From an uncultured virus (IMG/VR IMGVR_UViG_2562617116_000002) (taxonomy: Duplodnaviria; Heunggongvirae; Uroviricota; Caudoviricetes): a stretch of DNA of 64,000 bases. Where the stretch lies: positions 1 through 64,000 of IMG/VR virus record IMGVR_UViG_2562617116_000002; one strand, written 5' to 3'. The notes under the pieces were generated by a model that was not told the origin of the DNA, searched no databases, and saw only the letters and a program-made list of their open reading frames with translations. Shown here in pieces: positions 27,274-36,949 of this stretch. Numbering within the stretch: position 1 is the stretch's first letter; every line of letters starts with the position of its first letter. A program made the translations under genes and the position numbers.

Positions 27274-28083
27274 TTGTTTATTTCGCCCATGCTGCTTGAA
27301 TCCGCAAAGGAGCCGTTTAACTCTGACGACTATATCACGGAAACCAAATTCGATGGCATCCGTCTGATCGCGTCTAGGAATAACGGTTTAATCCGCCTCT
27401 ACACTCGCCACAACAACGAAGTCACCTCTAAATTTCCGGAACTATTAACGCTCGACATACCGGACGGCACCATATTAGACGGCGAGCTTATCGTACCTGG
27501 TCCGACAGGCGCTGGCGATTTCGAGGCCGTCATGGAACGGTTCCAGTCGCGAAAAAGTTATCATCCGATAGTGTTTTGCGTTTTTGATGTCCTGCGGATA
27601 GAAGGCGTTTCGGTTACGTCCAAGCCGCTAAGTGAACGAAAAGAATTGCTGGCCGGTCTAAAAATCGATCATCCTAACGTTAAAGTAGTCGAAGGCGTTC
27701 GCGGCCATGCTACGGATTATTTCGAATTAGTCCGCGAAAATAAGATCGAGGGAATCGTTATGAAGCGGGCAGACGCTCCATATACGGAAAATAAGCGGTC
27801 GGATCGCTGGCTGAAGATCGTAAACTACGAATATACTGACGTTTTGATTACGGGATTGCGCAAGGAAGACAATGCGTTGCTGCTTTCATACCTGGACGGC
27901 CAGTATGCCGGCGTGATGGAATTTATGCCGTATGGTGAGCGGCGGAAGCTACATGCGGATAGAGTAATCGTGGAGGAAACGGAGAGGTATGCCTATATCG
28001 AGCCGATTGGGTGCCGCGTTAAGCACCGGTTCAAGACGAAAAACGGCTTGCTTCGGATTCCTTCGTTCCATGAATGGCGTTGA
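27274..28083 (+). CDS. ATP-dependent DNA ligase
   Basis: 'ETKFDGIR', 'LDGEL', 'VFDVL', 'EGIVMK', 'WLKI'. Confidence 0.92.
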   Translation: MFISPMLLESAKEPFNSDDYITETKFDGIRLIASRNNGLIRLYTRHNNEVTSKFPELLTLDIPDGTILDGELIVPGPTGAGDFEAVMERFQSRKSYHPIVFCVFDVLRIEGVSVTSKPLSERKELLAGLKIDHPNVKVVEGVRGHATDYFELVRENKIEGIVMKRADAPYTENKRSDRWLKIVNYEYTDVLITGLRKEDNALLLSYLDGQYAGVMEFMPYGERRKLHADRVIVEETERYAYIEPIGCRVKHRFKTKNGLLRIPSFHEWR

Positions 28084-28130
28084 ATGTGTCGGTCATTTAT
28101 CGTATTCTAATAGTCGGAGGTCGAGAACGA

Positions 28131-28304
28131 ATGGATTACGAAACAAAAGGCTATGATACGACGATTGTATACGATTATAAAGAGTATCCGGACGTCCACT
28201 ACGGGCGCTGCGATAACTGCGACTATACGCTGTTCAAAAGTTCGGTGAAGGACGGAATTTTCCTACGCGAGTGCCGTCGTTGCGGTATGAAGAAGAGCAT
28301 ATAA
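28131..28304 (+). CDS. Small zinc-ribbon protein
   Basis: GGAGG then MDYETK; CDNC...CRRC. Confidence 0.65.
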   Translation: MDYETKGYDTTIVYDYKEYPDVHYGRCDNCDYTLFKSSVKDGIFLRECRRCGMKKSI

Positions 28305-28343
28305 AAAAGAAAGGCGCCAATTACGGCGCCCTTTTCCATCCAT

Positions 28344-29144
28344 CTACAGCTTCTTCACGTTAAACATCGCAAGCAGCGTCTTATCCGGCGTCTTGGATTG
28401 TCGATAAAACACGTTAGGATTAAACGTATATCGTTCCGGTTCGCTGCCGACCTTTATTCGCGCGACAACGAACTCTCCGTCGAATTTCATCTGCTTCAGT
28501 CGGCGGCCAAGCGTATCAGGCGTTACTCCGATCGCCGCCGCAAGCTCTTTCTTATTGAACCATCGGATATGCTTCGGATTCTTTTCGAATGGATTTTCGC
28601 AAAGAGCGTTAGTTTCGTAATGGACGAACGGCAGCATTCGGTAGATCAGACCGATGTCCGTCGCCTTCACTTCGCTGTACACCTTCTTGATCTTCGCGGT
28701 ATAGAGCTTAACGACGTATTGGCTTCCGAAGTTACCTTTGAAATGATAGCGTTCGTTCACCGAATAGGCGCCGTTTTCTTCCCGGATAATGTCGTGCGCA
28801 GTACAGGCGCTTAGGAAATCGTAGAACGTTCGCGGCTTTTTCACGAGCTGTAGAACGGACATCATATCCGCTGTAGTCATCGGAGTTTTATTACGGCTAG
28901 ATTTAACGAGAACACCGTTGTAGTCAACGTAGCATTGCAGCAGCATTAAATAGCCGCATTGTGCCGTTGTGAGAGCGTCATAGACTTCGTGAATATTAGA
29001 CATATTCGCATTGGAAAAGTCTCGCCTGTCCACCGCCTGCTTTTGTTGCTCCCGGAAGGCTTCGTCCTGGTTCCGATGTCTAAGCGTGTAGTCTGTCGAT
29101 AGATCTTCGCCTGTTTCTGCGTTTACTACTCGTAATCTTTTCAA
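28344..29144 (-). CDS. RepL-like tandem winged-helix protein
   Basis: Two wHTH units ending 'YSVNERYHFKG' and 'YTFNPNVFYR'. Confidence 0.6.
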   Translation of the reverse strand: MKRLRVVNAETGEDLSTDYTLRHRNQDEAFREQQKQAVDRRDFSNANMSNIHEVYDALTTAQCGYLMLLQCYVDYNGVLVKSSRNKTPMTTADMMSVLQLVKKPRTFYDFLSACTAHDIIREENGAYSVNERYHFKGNFGSQYVVKLYTAKIKKVYSEVKATDIGLIYRMLPFVHYETNALCENPFEKNPKHIRWFNKKELAAAIGVTPDTLGRRLKQMKFDGEFVVARIKVGSEPERYTFNPNVFYRQSKTPDKTLLAMFNVKKL

Positions 29145-29275
29145 AATATCGTCTCCTTTTTCGCATAATAAAAGAGCGCGGATGTGGCGCCCTCATAACG
29201 TATAGACAGCTAAACGGGTAAAAGTATCGGGGTTGGCGAGAAATTTTTTGGATATTGAACTTTCAGGGTGAAACT

Positions 29276-30069
29276 TTATTCATATTTAGATAAATCGTCT
29301 TCAACTTGTATCTGGTCGAGACGCTTATTAATTATTTCTATATACTCTTTTTCGGTCTCGAATCCAATCCACTTGCGATTATTTAATTCACAAGCTACTG
29401 CTGTTGTTCCGCTGCCTAAACAGTTATCAAGTACCGTATCACCTTCGTTGGTGTAAGTCTTGATAAGGTATTCAAATAATTCAACTGGTTTCTGTGTCGG
29501 ATGCAAACCTGTATCATTTTTAAACTCCAAAAGGCTGTTCGGATAACCTGTTTTTGTTTGTTTGTACGAGTCTTTCAATCCTGGTCTATCACCGCCATAA
29601 TTAGCTCTCATTGTTTTGTTGTTTTTTACTGTTTTATCTATTTCCAATAGACCTTGTGGAAAGTACCTCATTTTGTTTTTGGAATTTGTAGGAATTCCGC
29701 CTTTACTGAAAACTAAAACATTTTCGTGCTTCTTCATCGGTTTGTTTTTTGCGTCAAACGCCCCCCAACTATACTTTTAATCCATATCCACTCATATTTA
29801 AAAAGTTCTATTTTGCTATTAACCAACTGACTTGTAAAAGGTTGAGAAGCTGTTAAGACTATTGCTCCGTTGTCTTTTATGATGCGTTCGTATTGATCCC
29901 AAAGCGGTTCAAAGGGGATTATAGTATCCCACTTACAAGCGGTCGTTCCATATGGTAAATCACACAAAATCATATCCACGCTCCCGGCGGGAATTAATTT
30001 CATACCCTCTAGACAATCCATTTGATATGCTCTATTTAACTCTAAACTTCCCAATAACTCTTTCCCCAC
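29276..30069 (-). pseudogene. Beta-class N6A/N4C DNA methyltransferase frameshifted at a G6 tract
   Basis: 'DLPY' in the 5' ORF; 'HPTQKP' and 'DNCLGSGTT' in the 3' ORF; one extra G at 29761-29766 joins them. Confidence 0.85.
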
Positions 30070-30289
30070 TTAATCACTCCTGTATTTGTTTAATTTACTT
30101 TTTAAGACTACTTTCACGATTTTCATAATGGTCTTTATAACATTCCATCATATCTTCAAACACCGTATATTCATCCGTGCATTCTGAACAAATACATAGG
30201 TCAAAACTACTATCATTATAATCTCCTATACTAACTCTCCTTCACCCTCATAGTTCAAGAAACTACTTATCTATTAAACTGCAAATTAT

Positions 30290-30799
30290 TTACTGTTTTA
30301 CCTTGTTAGGTGCATACCCAATTTTTTCGCCGGTTGCGATATTGACCGTAAATTGTCCCGGCGTTTTTCCTTTTACAAAATCGTTATAACGGTTCCTTCG
30401 CTCTTTATTTCGCGCCCTGGCCGCCCTATCAACGAACTTTTCCTCATATGAAGAGCGTTTTCTTCGCGTCGGAACTTTGTAATTCCGGCCATCCGCTCCA
30501 TACTCTTCAGCAAGTTTTTCGGAAGCTTCCGACTTGATGCGCTCTTCTCGTTGTGTCTCGCTCATGATCGGGTACTCTTCGCGAGCCATTTTATCCGGGT
30601 GTGGGTTCGTTAGCTCTTCGTAGATTACAAGATTCGCCATACGTTCAAGCGCGATAGAATCTGGATGCTCTCCAACGGCATCAAAGTAAGCGTCGGCCAG
30701 CGCAGTAATTTCCTCGATACGTTGAATGCGGTCCAGCTCTCCGGACTTTGTTCGTTGGTACATATCCGTAATCATTTCGTGCAATAGCGCTTTATCCAT
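30290..30799 (-). CDS. Hypothetical protein coupled to the sigma region-4 gene
   Basis: GGGAGG then MDKALL; overlaps the upstream stop. Confidence 0.7.
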   Translation of the reverse strand: MDKALLHEMITDMYQRTKSGELDRIQRIEEITALADAYFDAVGEHPDSIALERMANLVIYEELTNPHPDKMAREEYPIMSETQREERIKSEASEKLAEEYGADGRNYKVPTRRKRSSYEEKFVDRAARARNKERRNRYNDFVKGKTPGQFTVNIATGEKIGYAPNKVKQ

Positions 30800-31181
30800 T
30801 AATTCGTCCTCCCGTCGAGTATCCTTCGCCATGTCCCGCCCAATAGTAGTAAATATCCGCAATTGAATCGGCTGCACGATTTATCAGATGATTAATCGAA
30901 TCCTTGCCAACTCCCATCTGTTTCCCCGCCTCGACTTGCGTCAGATCTTCGAAATATACGAGCCGGATGGCATCGCGCTGCCTATCAGTTAGATCCGCAA
31001 GCTCAATCGCATTGTGCAGATCCAGCAGCACTTCGGCAGCTTCGTATTCTCCGAGTCGTTTGCGGCTGACGAACTTCGGATAATCGGAGAGCAGCGTTTT
31101 AACACCCTCCGCATTGTCTAGCGCATATGTCGCTTCAAATTCGCGATCCTTTCGGTGTAGATCGACTTTGACTGATCCCAT
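30792..31181 (-). CDS. Sigma-70 region-4 HTH protein (probable late activator)
   Basis: 'LTDRQRDAIRLVYFEDLTQVEAGKQMGV'. Confidence 0.8.
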   Translation of the reverse strand: MGSVKVDLHRKDREFEATYALDNAEGVKTLLSDYPKFVSRKRLGEYEAAEVLLDLHNAIELADLTDRQRDAIRLVYFEDLTQVEAGKQMGVGKDSINHLINRAADSIADIYYYWAGHGEGYSTGGRING

Positions 31182-31358
31182 TAAACCGCCTCCAATTCGT
31201 TGTTTTGTCCTTGCGCCTTAGGAATCGCATTATCAAACGATATAGTTGCGAAAGAATTTTTTCGTTAATAACTTCGTTAACAATTCGTACATCTCTGTTG
31301 ACTATCGGTAACTAATCCGGATATACTGAACGTAAATACTTTCGTAAGGAGATTCGTT

Positions 31359-31745
31359 ATGACACTTACGTGGATTCCAAACGACTTTGAGCGCAATACC
31401 AAAGCGTATATAACAATAGAAAAGCAACGACGTTTATTTATTTCGGCCGGTGCGCGGCGCGTCATCGGACTGCCTACTGACGGACCGTTTTATTTATCCG
31501 TCGCATATGACGCGGCAGAAAAGCGCATTGTTGTTGGCAAACCTGAACTCGTTAACCAGCCGGACGCCAAACCGTTCAAGTTCGATAAACGCGGTAATGT
31601 TTCGGCATGGCCGTTCTTGCGTAAGATCGGCATTAATATCGATAAGCTTCCGCAACGATACTATTTGATTGGCGATGGCGAGGCGTCTAAACAGCCGTAT
31701 CTGGCCTATCCGAAGCACACATTCGCGTTTCAGTTAGACGAGTAG
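31359..31745 (+). CDS. Lone plus-strand gene, possible tandem AbrB/MraZ-like fold
   Basis: TTGACT-N18-TATACT promoter (31299-31328), AAGGAG RBS; 'ITIEKQRRLFIS' and 'FKFDKRGNVS'. Confidence 0.6.
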   Translation: MTLTWIPNDFERNTKAYITIEKQRRLFISAGARRVIGLPTDGPFYLSVAYDAAEKRIVVGKPELVNQPDAKPFKFDKRGNVSAWPFLRKIGINIDKLPQRYYLIGDGEASKQPYLAYPKHTFAFQLDE

Positions 31746-32294
31746 CTCCGCCATAATCTCGTCCAGCTTCTCGTATAACTCTTCCGGCTTGCCTGTGTTC
31801 TCAATTTCGTAATCAACTTCGAAACTATTGACGGCAAGCTCGGTCGGATGCTCCAAGTCGGCAAGATCGAATTGATCGCCGGCTTTTTTAGCGCGTTCAA
31901 TACGGATCTCGGCCGGTGCTGTTATGCGGATAAATACGAAGCCTTCGTCCTTCAATCGCTTGTATTCGTTAGGCTGGCGGCAATCATCGATGATCACGCG
32001 ATTCTTTAGCGCCGTATTGCCGCAGTCGCAAGGGTGGCGGTCGAGATAAGCGGCTATTTTCGGCATGAGATCGTCGATCCATACGTCCTCTCCGAAGGCT
32101 TCCCGCGCCCACTGCCCGAACTTCTGATAATGAGCGCGTGGCTTCGGATTTCTCGGAACATGAGGAAAAGCGCGGTGGAATGCGTCCTTTAGTTCGTCGC
32201 CAAATGCGAACGGCTGGAAATCGTAGTGCAGCGAGATGTATGACGCCGCGAGCGACTTGCCTGCGCGAAGTGGTGCGGTGAGGGCGATCTTCAT
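31734..32294 (-). CDS. Deoxynucleoside monophosphate kinase
   Basis: 'ALTAPLRAGKS', 'FGDELK', 'IIDDCRQPNE', 'HPTE'. Confidence 0.85.
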   Translation of the reverse strand: MKIALTAPLRAGKSLAASYISLHYDFQPFAFGDELKDAFHRAFPHVPRNPKPRAHYQKFGQWAREAFGEDVWIDDLMPKIAAYLDRHPCDCGNTALKNRVIIDDCRQPNEYKRLKDEGFVFIRITAPAEIRIERAKKAGDQFDLADLEHPTELAVNSFEVDYEIENTGKPEELYEKLDEIMAELLV

Positions 32295-33355
32295 TGGCGT
32301 TCCTCCTTGGTTGCTCCGGAGATATATTCGATCTCGTGCGTAGCAAATTCGCCCACCTTAGCGTTGATGCGAACGGACATAACTCCGTGCAACTTCTTAC
32401 CGTCCTGATAAACTTCGAACCTTCCAGGTTTCCGACAAATAAATACTAGAGGAGCGTCTGTCGCCGGAAAGCTTTCTTCTATATCCGCTTCCAGGTGCGC
32501 CACCTTTCCGTCCGTTTCCTTTGCGGCATATTTCAGCGCCTCCAATTCTTCGCCGTGCCTCCGGTTGTCTTTGTGCAGCGTGTCGATCTCGTCTTTCATA
32601 CGCTTCATTTCTTCGTACACATAACTGCCCATCTCCTCGTTCTCCGCGCGATCATGTTCGACTTTTTCTTCTAACGCAGCGATATCGTGGCGGATGTCCG
32701 AATCGGCATTCCGCAGCTCAGCGATTCTTCCCGGCCCCATTTCGTTCCATCCGAGATCTTCCTTGATCCGTTTATTCTCGCGTTCCAATTCCGCAACACG
32801 TGTCGCCAGGTTAGCGATAACGTCGATCGGGTCGGATGGCTGCGGCTCTTCTTCGGAGGATTCGACCGGGATGAGGACGAGATATTCGGATCGCTTTACC
32901 CACCCCATCGGAGACGCGTCGATATCTTCTTCGCTGAACACCTCGGTTACTGTCGCTATTTTACCGATATCTCCATCTACGGCTAGGCCATCATCAGGCG
33001 CAATTATGACGATCTTTTCGTCCACTTCCGCCTTTCGATCGACCATTTCGTAGCGCTCTCCGTCAATGTGGACGATATTGGTCGGTTCGAGGACGTGGTA
33101 TTCGCGATCATATAAGGCAATCAATTGCCCATTTACGAGAATAGATTCCGCATAATAACCGAATCTTGAGTCGTCTTTTACAAATCGACTGACAAACGCC
33201 ATATCACCGTTCCTATATTCGGATTGACAGTCTGCCTCAACAATAACAATTCTTTCGCCCTCTATCGCCTTCCTATCGACTTCAACATATTCGCGTTTGA
33301 TTCCGCCAAGCGATTCGTCAGCCAATACGTGGATTTTTTCGTTAGTTTTCGTCAT
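32291..33355 (-). CDS. Hypothetical protein with repeated SH3-like units and a coiled coil
   Basis: Two 'VDRKA..(G/D)E.IVI' units. Confidence 0.7.
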   Translation of the reverse strand: MTKTNEKIHVLADESLGGIKREYVEVDRKAIEGERIVIVEADCQSEYRNGDMAFVSRFVKDDSRFGYYAESILVNGQLIALYDREYHVLEPTNIVHIDGERYEMVDRKAEVDEKIVIIAPDDGLAVDGDIGKIATVTEVFSEEDIDASPMGWVKRSEYLVLIPVESSEEEPQPSDPIDVIANLATRVAELERENKRIKEDLGWNEMGPGRIAELRNADSDIRHDIAALEEKVEHDRAENEEMGSYVYEEMKRMKDEIDTLHKDNRRHGEELEALKYAAKETDGKVAHLEADIEESFPATDAPLVFICRKPGRFEVYQDGKKLHGVMSVRINAKVGEFATHEIEYISGATKEERQ

Positions 33356-33571
33356 TTATTCCGCCTCCTTAAAAGGTGCTTCTGGGATATCATCCGGAAT
33401 TTTTGGCGCAGTGTATTTGCAGAAGATCGTTGCTTTGTCGGATTCTAGTGCGTAGGGATGAACCATTTTAGCGGGTACTGTCGCGACGAACGTCCATCCT
33501 TTATCGATTCTTCTGGCAATCGACTCTTTATCGGCATACTCACGTGTAATAACAACATCAAATTCGAGCAT
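33356..33571 (-). CDS. Hypothetical protein
   Basis: GGAGG RBS, within operon. Confidence 0.6.
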   Translation of the reverse strand: MLEFDVVITREYADKESIARRIDKGWTFVATVPAKMVHPYALESDKATIFCKYTAPKIPDDIPEAPFKEAE

Positions 33572-33853
33572 TTATTCGTCCTCCCATACGTAATGTAACG
33601 GGTTATATCCGGACCAGGTATCGCCTAATACTGCGGATACCTTTGCAACTGTTTCCGGATCTATTTCCACCTTTCGGATTTCGCCCTCTTTGACTTCGCC
33701 GTAAATTTCGTTGTGTTTACCGAGGATTTCTCCAAAATCGATCACCTCTCCGATTAAATCAGCGACTTTCGCTTCTGTCGCAACGAAAAGCCCTTCTACA
33801 ACTCCGTAACCGAATCTCCATCCGAATTTCCACAAGTATTTAGTTTCGTCCAT
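33572..33853 (-). CDS. Hypothetical protein
   Basis: GGGAGG RBS; 'FGEILGKH.E', 'SGYNPL'. Confidence 0.7.
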   Translation of the reverse strand: MDETKYLWKFGWRFGYGVVEGLFVATEAKVADLIGEVIDFGEILGKHNEIYGEVKEGEIRKVEIDPETVAKVSAVLGDTWSGYNPLHYVWEDE

Positions 33854-33870
33854 ATCCGATCGCCCTCCCG

Positions 33871-34419
33871 TTATTTAATAACCCGCAAGTCTACCGACTG
33901 CCGACCGAACTGTACCGCGTCGGCTTCATTTGCGACCAATAGATCGAGACGTGCGCCTTTAATCGCGCCTCCCGTGTCGATCGCCTTCGCCCGAAAGCTC
34001 GAACCGTCAGCGAGCCGGACTTCAACCGTAGAGCCAAGCGCAATCACAGACGGATCGACCGCTATGACGCGTGTGCCTTCGTAATAGATCGAATGGCTGA
34101 CGTCGACTCCCGTTTTTGTGATGCCGGTGCAGCCTTCCGCACAGAATGCCGTGTAAGCTGTCGCGGTGAAAGTCCGCCATGCTGACGTCTTAGTGACGGT
34201 CGGATTCTTCGCTTTCTTCAACGCCTTGACTTCGTCCTCAAGCGCCTGTATCTTCGCGTCCTTTTTCGTTATCTCTTTCGTTAATTCTCTGTTGCGCGAT
34301 TCAGCCGATTGGATGGCGGCCTGCTCTGGCGTTATCCTTGGCGGTTCTGGCGGCTGATCTGCCGGACAGTGGCCGGAGAATAGCTGCGCTGTTAGCGTGA
34401 AATTCGTTAGGATACCGAT
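33871..34419 (-). CDS. 3D-domain (MltA-like) cell-wall protein; probable ATC start
   Basis: 'ATAY', 'IAVDPSVIALGS', 'DTGGAIKG..LD'; GGAGG-N7-ATC at 34419. Confidence 0.85.
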   Translation of the reverse strand: MGILTNFTLTAQLFSGHCPADQPPEPPRITPEQAAIQSAESRNRELTKEITKKDAKIQALEDEVKALKKAKNPTVTKTSAWRTFTATAYTAFCAEGCTGITKTGVDVSHSIYYEGTRVIAVDPSVIALGSTVEVRLADGSSFRAKAIDTGGAIKGARLDLLVANEADAVQFGRQSVDLRVIK

Positions 34420-34421
34420 GC

Positions 34422-35117
34422 TTACACCTCCGTTTTGACCAATTCGCAAATGCTGACGGGAAATTTCGGTTTGACTAACTCGTAGACAGCTTTCGCGTAC
34501 TCTTGAATTTCGACTTGACTATCGTGTGCCAGGCGTTGGTTTAGGAAATGCGCGACCGATTGAAGCGATGCCGTCCAGTAGTAGCGTACGTACATTCCGT
34601 AAGCCGGAAGGAATAGACGCGCTTGTTCGGCGCAAACACCCGATTTCATTGCCCGTTCATATAAACGCTCACCGAATGCAACGAAATCGAGTAGATCTTG
34701 CGTGGCTATTTTGCCTTGGCTTTCCGGCAGTGTTTCGCCGCTTCCTTGCTTCGAATTTTCCGGGGCAGAGCGCCATTCATCCGCCTGTGGAATGTAAAAC
34801 ATAGGCTCTTCGGTAACATAGCGCCGACTCGATTCGTTCCAAGCGTCCATTGTGTGATCGGACCCGACAATATATTTCCAGTGCTGGCGCGCAACCATCA
34901 GCGGAGCATAGATTTCGAATTGAACCGTCGCATGACGGAACGGCGACGTATGCCCTTCCCGCGCAAGGAATTTAATAAGCCGGATGTCCTTTTCGGATAG
35001 TTCGGTAGATTCCTTGTCGTAGGAAACGCGGGCTGAGTTCACGACGGAAAGGTCGGAGCCCATTGCGTTTGTTAGGCGGACATAGCCGTGGTCGAGCACG
35101 TCAATTTTGTCGTTCAT
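34422..35117 (-). CDS. thyX: FAD-dependent thymidylate synthase
   Basis: 'HTSPFRH', 'NESSRRY', 'EQARLFLP', 'HDSQVEI'. Confidence 0.93.
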   Translation of the reverse strand: MNDKIDVLDHGYVRLTNAMGSDLSVVNSARVSYDKESTELSEKDIRLIKFLAREGHTSPFRHATVQFEIYAPLMVARQHWKYIVGSDHTMDAWNESSRRYVTEEPMFYIPQADEWRSAPENSKQGSGETLPESQGKIATQDLLDFVAFGERLYERAMKSGVCAEQARLFLPAYGMYVRYYWTASLQSVAHFLNQRLAHDSQVEIQEYAKAVYELVKPKFPVSICELVKTEV

Positions 35118-35252
35118 TTAATCGTCCTCCTATATCTCCGATTTTGCTTCGAGAGCTTCCAATAATATTTCACTAATTACGCTTTCTTCTAGGGAAGTAG
35201 TTCCGTCTAGTACTTCACGACAAATTCGTATTATTTCGTTAAGGCTATCCAA

Positions 35253-35816
35253 TTATTTCGCCCCCTTTACCCCGCTACTCCCGAATCCACCCGCACCTCG
35301 ATCGCTATCGCCCAACTCGGTTACTTCCGTAAATGCCGCCTGCTCAACCGACTTAATTACGGCCTGGGCGATGCGATCTCCTTTGCGGATGAGATATGTT
35401 CCGATAGGCATCCATCGAAAGTTTTCCGGCGCTCCCTCGATCGTATCGAACAACGCACCCTCTACCGTTCGGTAGCAAGTGTCAGTTCTAACGGTGTAAT
35501 TAACCGAAAAACGCTCGATTTTATGCTCCTTCTGCTCAATATTATCGACAATCACTCCGACTTCTCCCCGATAGCCCGCGTCAACTGTACCGAGCTGAAC
35601 GCGAAGCTTCGTCTTCAGCGTAATGCCGGAGCGTGGTCGGATCTGCATTTCGTAGCCTTCCGGAATCTCGAACGCTAGCCCCGTTTTGACTAGCGCAGTT
35701 TCTCCCGGCTCGATAATGACGTCTTCTGTCGCAACCAGGTCGAAGCAGGCGTCTGAAGCGTGAGCATATTGCGGAATTTGTGCATCGGGTGACAGGCGTT
35801 TAATATTTACGTTCAT
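35253..35816 (-). CDS. dut: Trimeric dUTPase
   Basis: 'PRSG', 'GTVDAGYRGE', 'GDRIAQ', 'RGAGGFGSSG'. Confidence 0.95.
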   Translation of the reverse strand: MNVNIKRLSPDAQIPQYAHASDACFDLVATEDVIIEPGETALVKTGLAFEIPEGYEMQIRPRSGITLKTKLRVQLGTVDAGYRGEVGVIVDNIEQKEHKIERFSVNYTVRTDTCYRTVEGALFDTIEGAPENFRWMPIGTYLIRKGDRIAQAVIKSVEQAAFTEVTELGDSDRGAGGFGSSGVKGAK

Positions 35817-35834
35817 TCGAAAACCTCCTCGTTA

Positions 35835-35863
35835 ATAACTGCGCATATACTTTCATAATGGCA
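35835..35863 (-). promoter_or_regulatory. Putative phage-sigma promoter (dut)
   Basis: TGCC-N16-CGCAGTTAT directly before the GAGGAGG RBS. Confidence 0.6.
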
Positions 35864-35865
35864 AA

Positions 35866-36834
35866 TTAGTCGAAATAGAAATCGTCATCCTGAAGCGCTT
35901 CGACCGTCGCCTTCTTGTATCCGTTACCCTTTTGACTGAAGAAGTCCATCGATTTCGTCTTCGTACTCAGCCCGTTCAGCACGATCGGATTTACCGTTTC
36001 ATCTTCGAAATACGGATCGAATCCGAGATTCATCAACGCCTTGTTTCCGTTGTATCGCACGAACTTCTTAACGTCGTGAGTCAGTCCGACCTGATCGTAA
36101 AGATCTTCGGTGTACGCGGCCTCATTCTCGTAGAGTTCCGCAAGCAATTCGACGGCAAAGTCGCGCAATTCGATCTGTACGCCCGGTGACTGGCGATTGT
36201 AAATTTCCTGCGCAAGCAATCCGACATAGACGCCGTGGATCGCCTCGTCGCGGATAATGAGATTAATGATCTCGCCGCTGTTCATCAGCTTTCCTTGGCC
36301 GTAGAAATATAACGGATAATAAAATCCGCTGTAGAAAAGGAAACTTTCGAGGTAGACCGACGCAACCATCGCCTTGTATAACGAAATGTCATCGCCAGCC
36401 TCAATCGCGTTATATAGGCCGCCAATGATTTCGGCTTTCCGCTGCAAGTAGCGATTCGTCTTCACCCATTCGAACAGTTCCGTGATTTTCTCCGTTGGCG
36501 CAAGCGTCATGAAGATGTTCGAATAGGATTTCGCATGGACTGCGTTTTCCATCATCGCCATAAAATTTAGGACGGCTTTACGTTGGTGGCCGGATACCTG
36601 GGCGGCAATTAGCGGCATACCTTCGTTCCCTTGCTCCGTGTCGAGTAGCGTTAAACCCGCGAGCACTTTCATATACGTATCCTGTTCGTTGGCTCCGAGA
36701 TATTTCCACGTTAGGATGTCGCCATTTAGCGAAATCTCTTCCGGAAGCCAAAACTGCTTAACGTTCTGTTCGTAAAACATCTGCGTGAATCCGTCGTCGT
36801 GTTGCGACCAGTTAGCCGCTGTATATTGCGTCAA
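35866..36834 (-). CDS. nrdF: Class Ib ribonucleotide reductase beta subunit
   Basis: 'FWLPEEI', 'ENAVHAKSY', 'RDEAIHG'. Confidence 0.97.
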   Translation of the reverse strand: MTQYTAANWSQHDDGFTQMFYEQNVKQFWLPEEISLNGDILTWKYLGANEQDTYMKVLAGLTLLDTEQGNEGMPLIAAQVSGHQRKAVLNFMAMMENAVHAKSYSNIFMTLAPTEKITELFEWVKTNRYLQRKAEIIGGLYNAIEAGDDISLYKAMVASVYLESFLFYSGFYYPLYFYGQGKLMNSGEIINLIIRDEAIHGVYVGLLAQEIYNRQSPGVQIELRDFAVELLAELYENEAAYTEDLYDQVGLTHDVKKFVRYNGNKALMNLGFDPYFEDETVNPIVLNGLSTKTKSMDFFSQKGNGYKKATVEALQDDDFYFD

Positions 36835-36949
36835 TTATTCGTCCTCCTTTTCATCCTCCGAATATAATCTTTTTGCCATTCAGTAAATCTAACGCCTAGG
36901 TACCGCTCTAAGAATTCGACCATATCCATTCGATCGACCTCCTCTCTGT

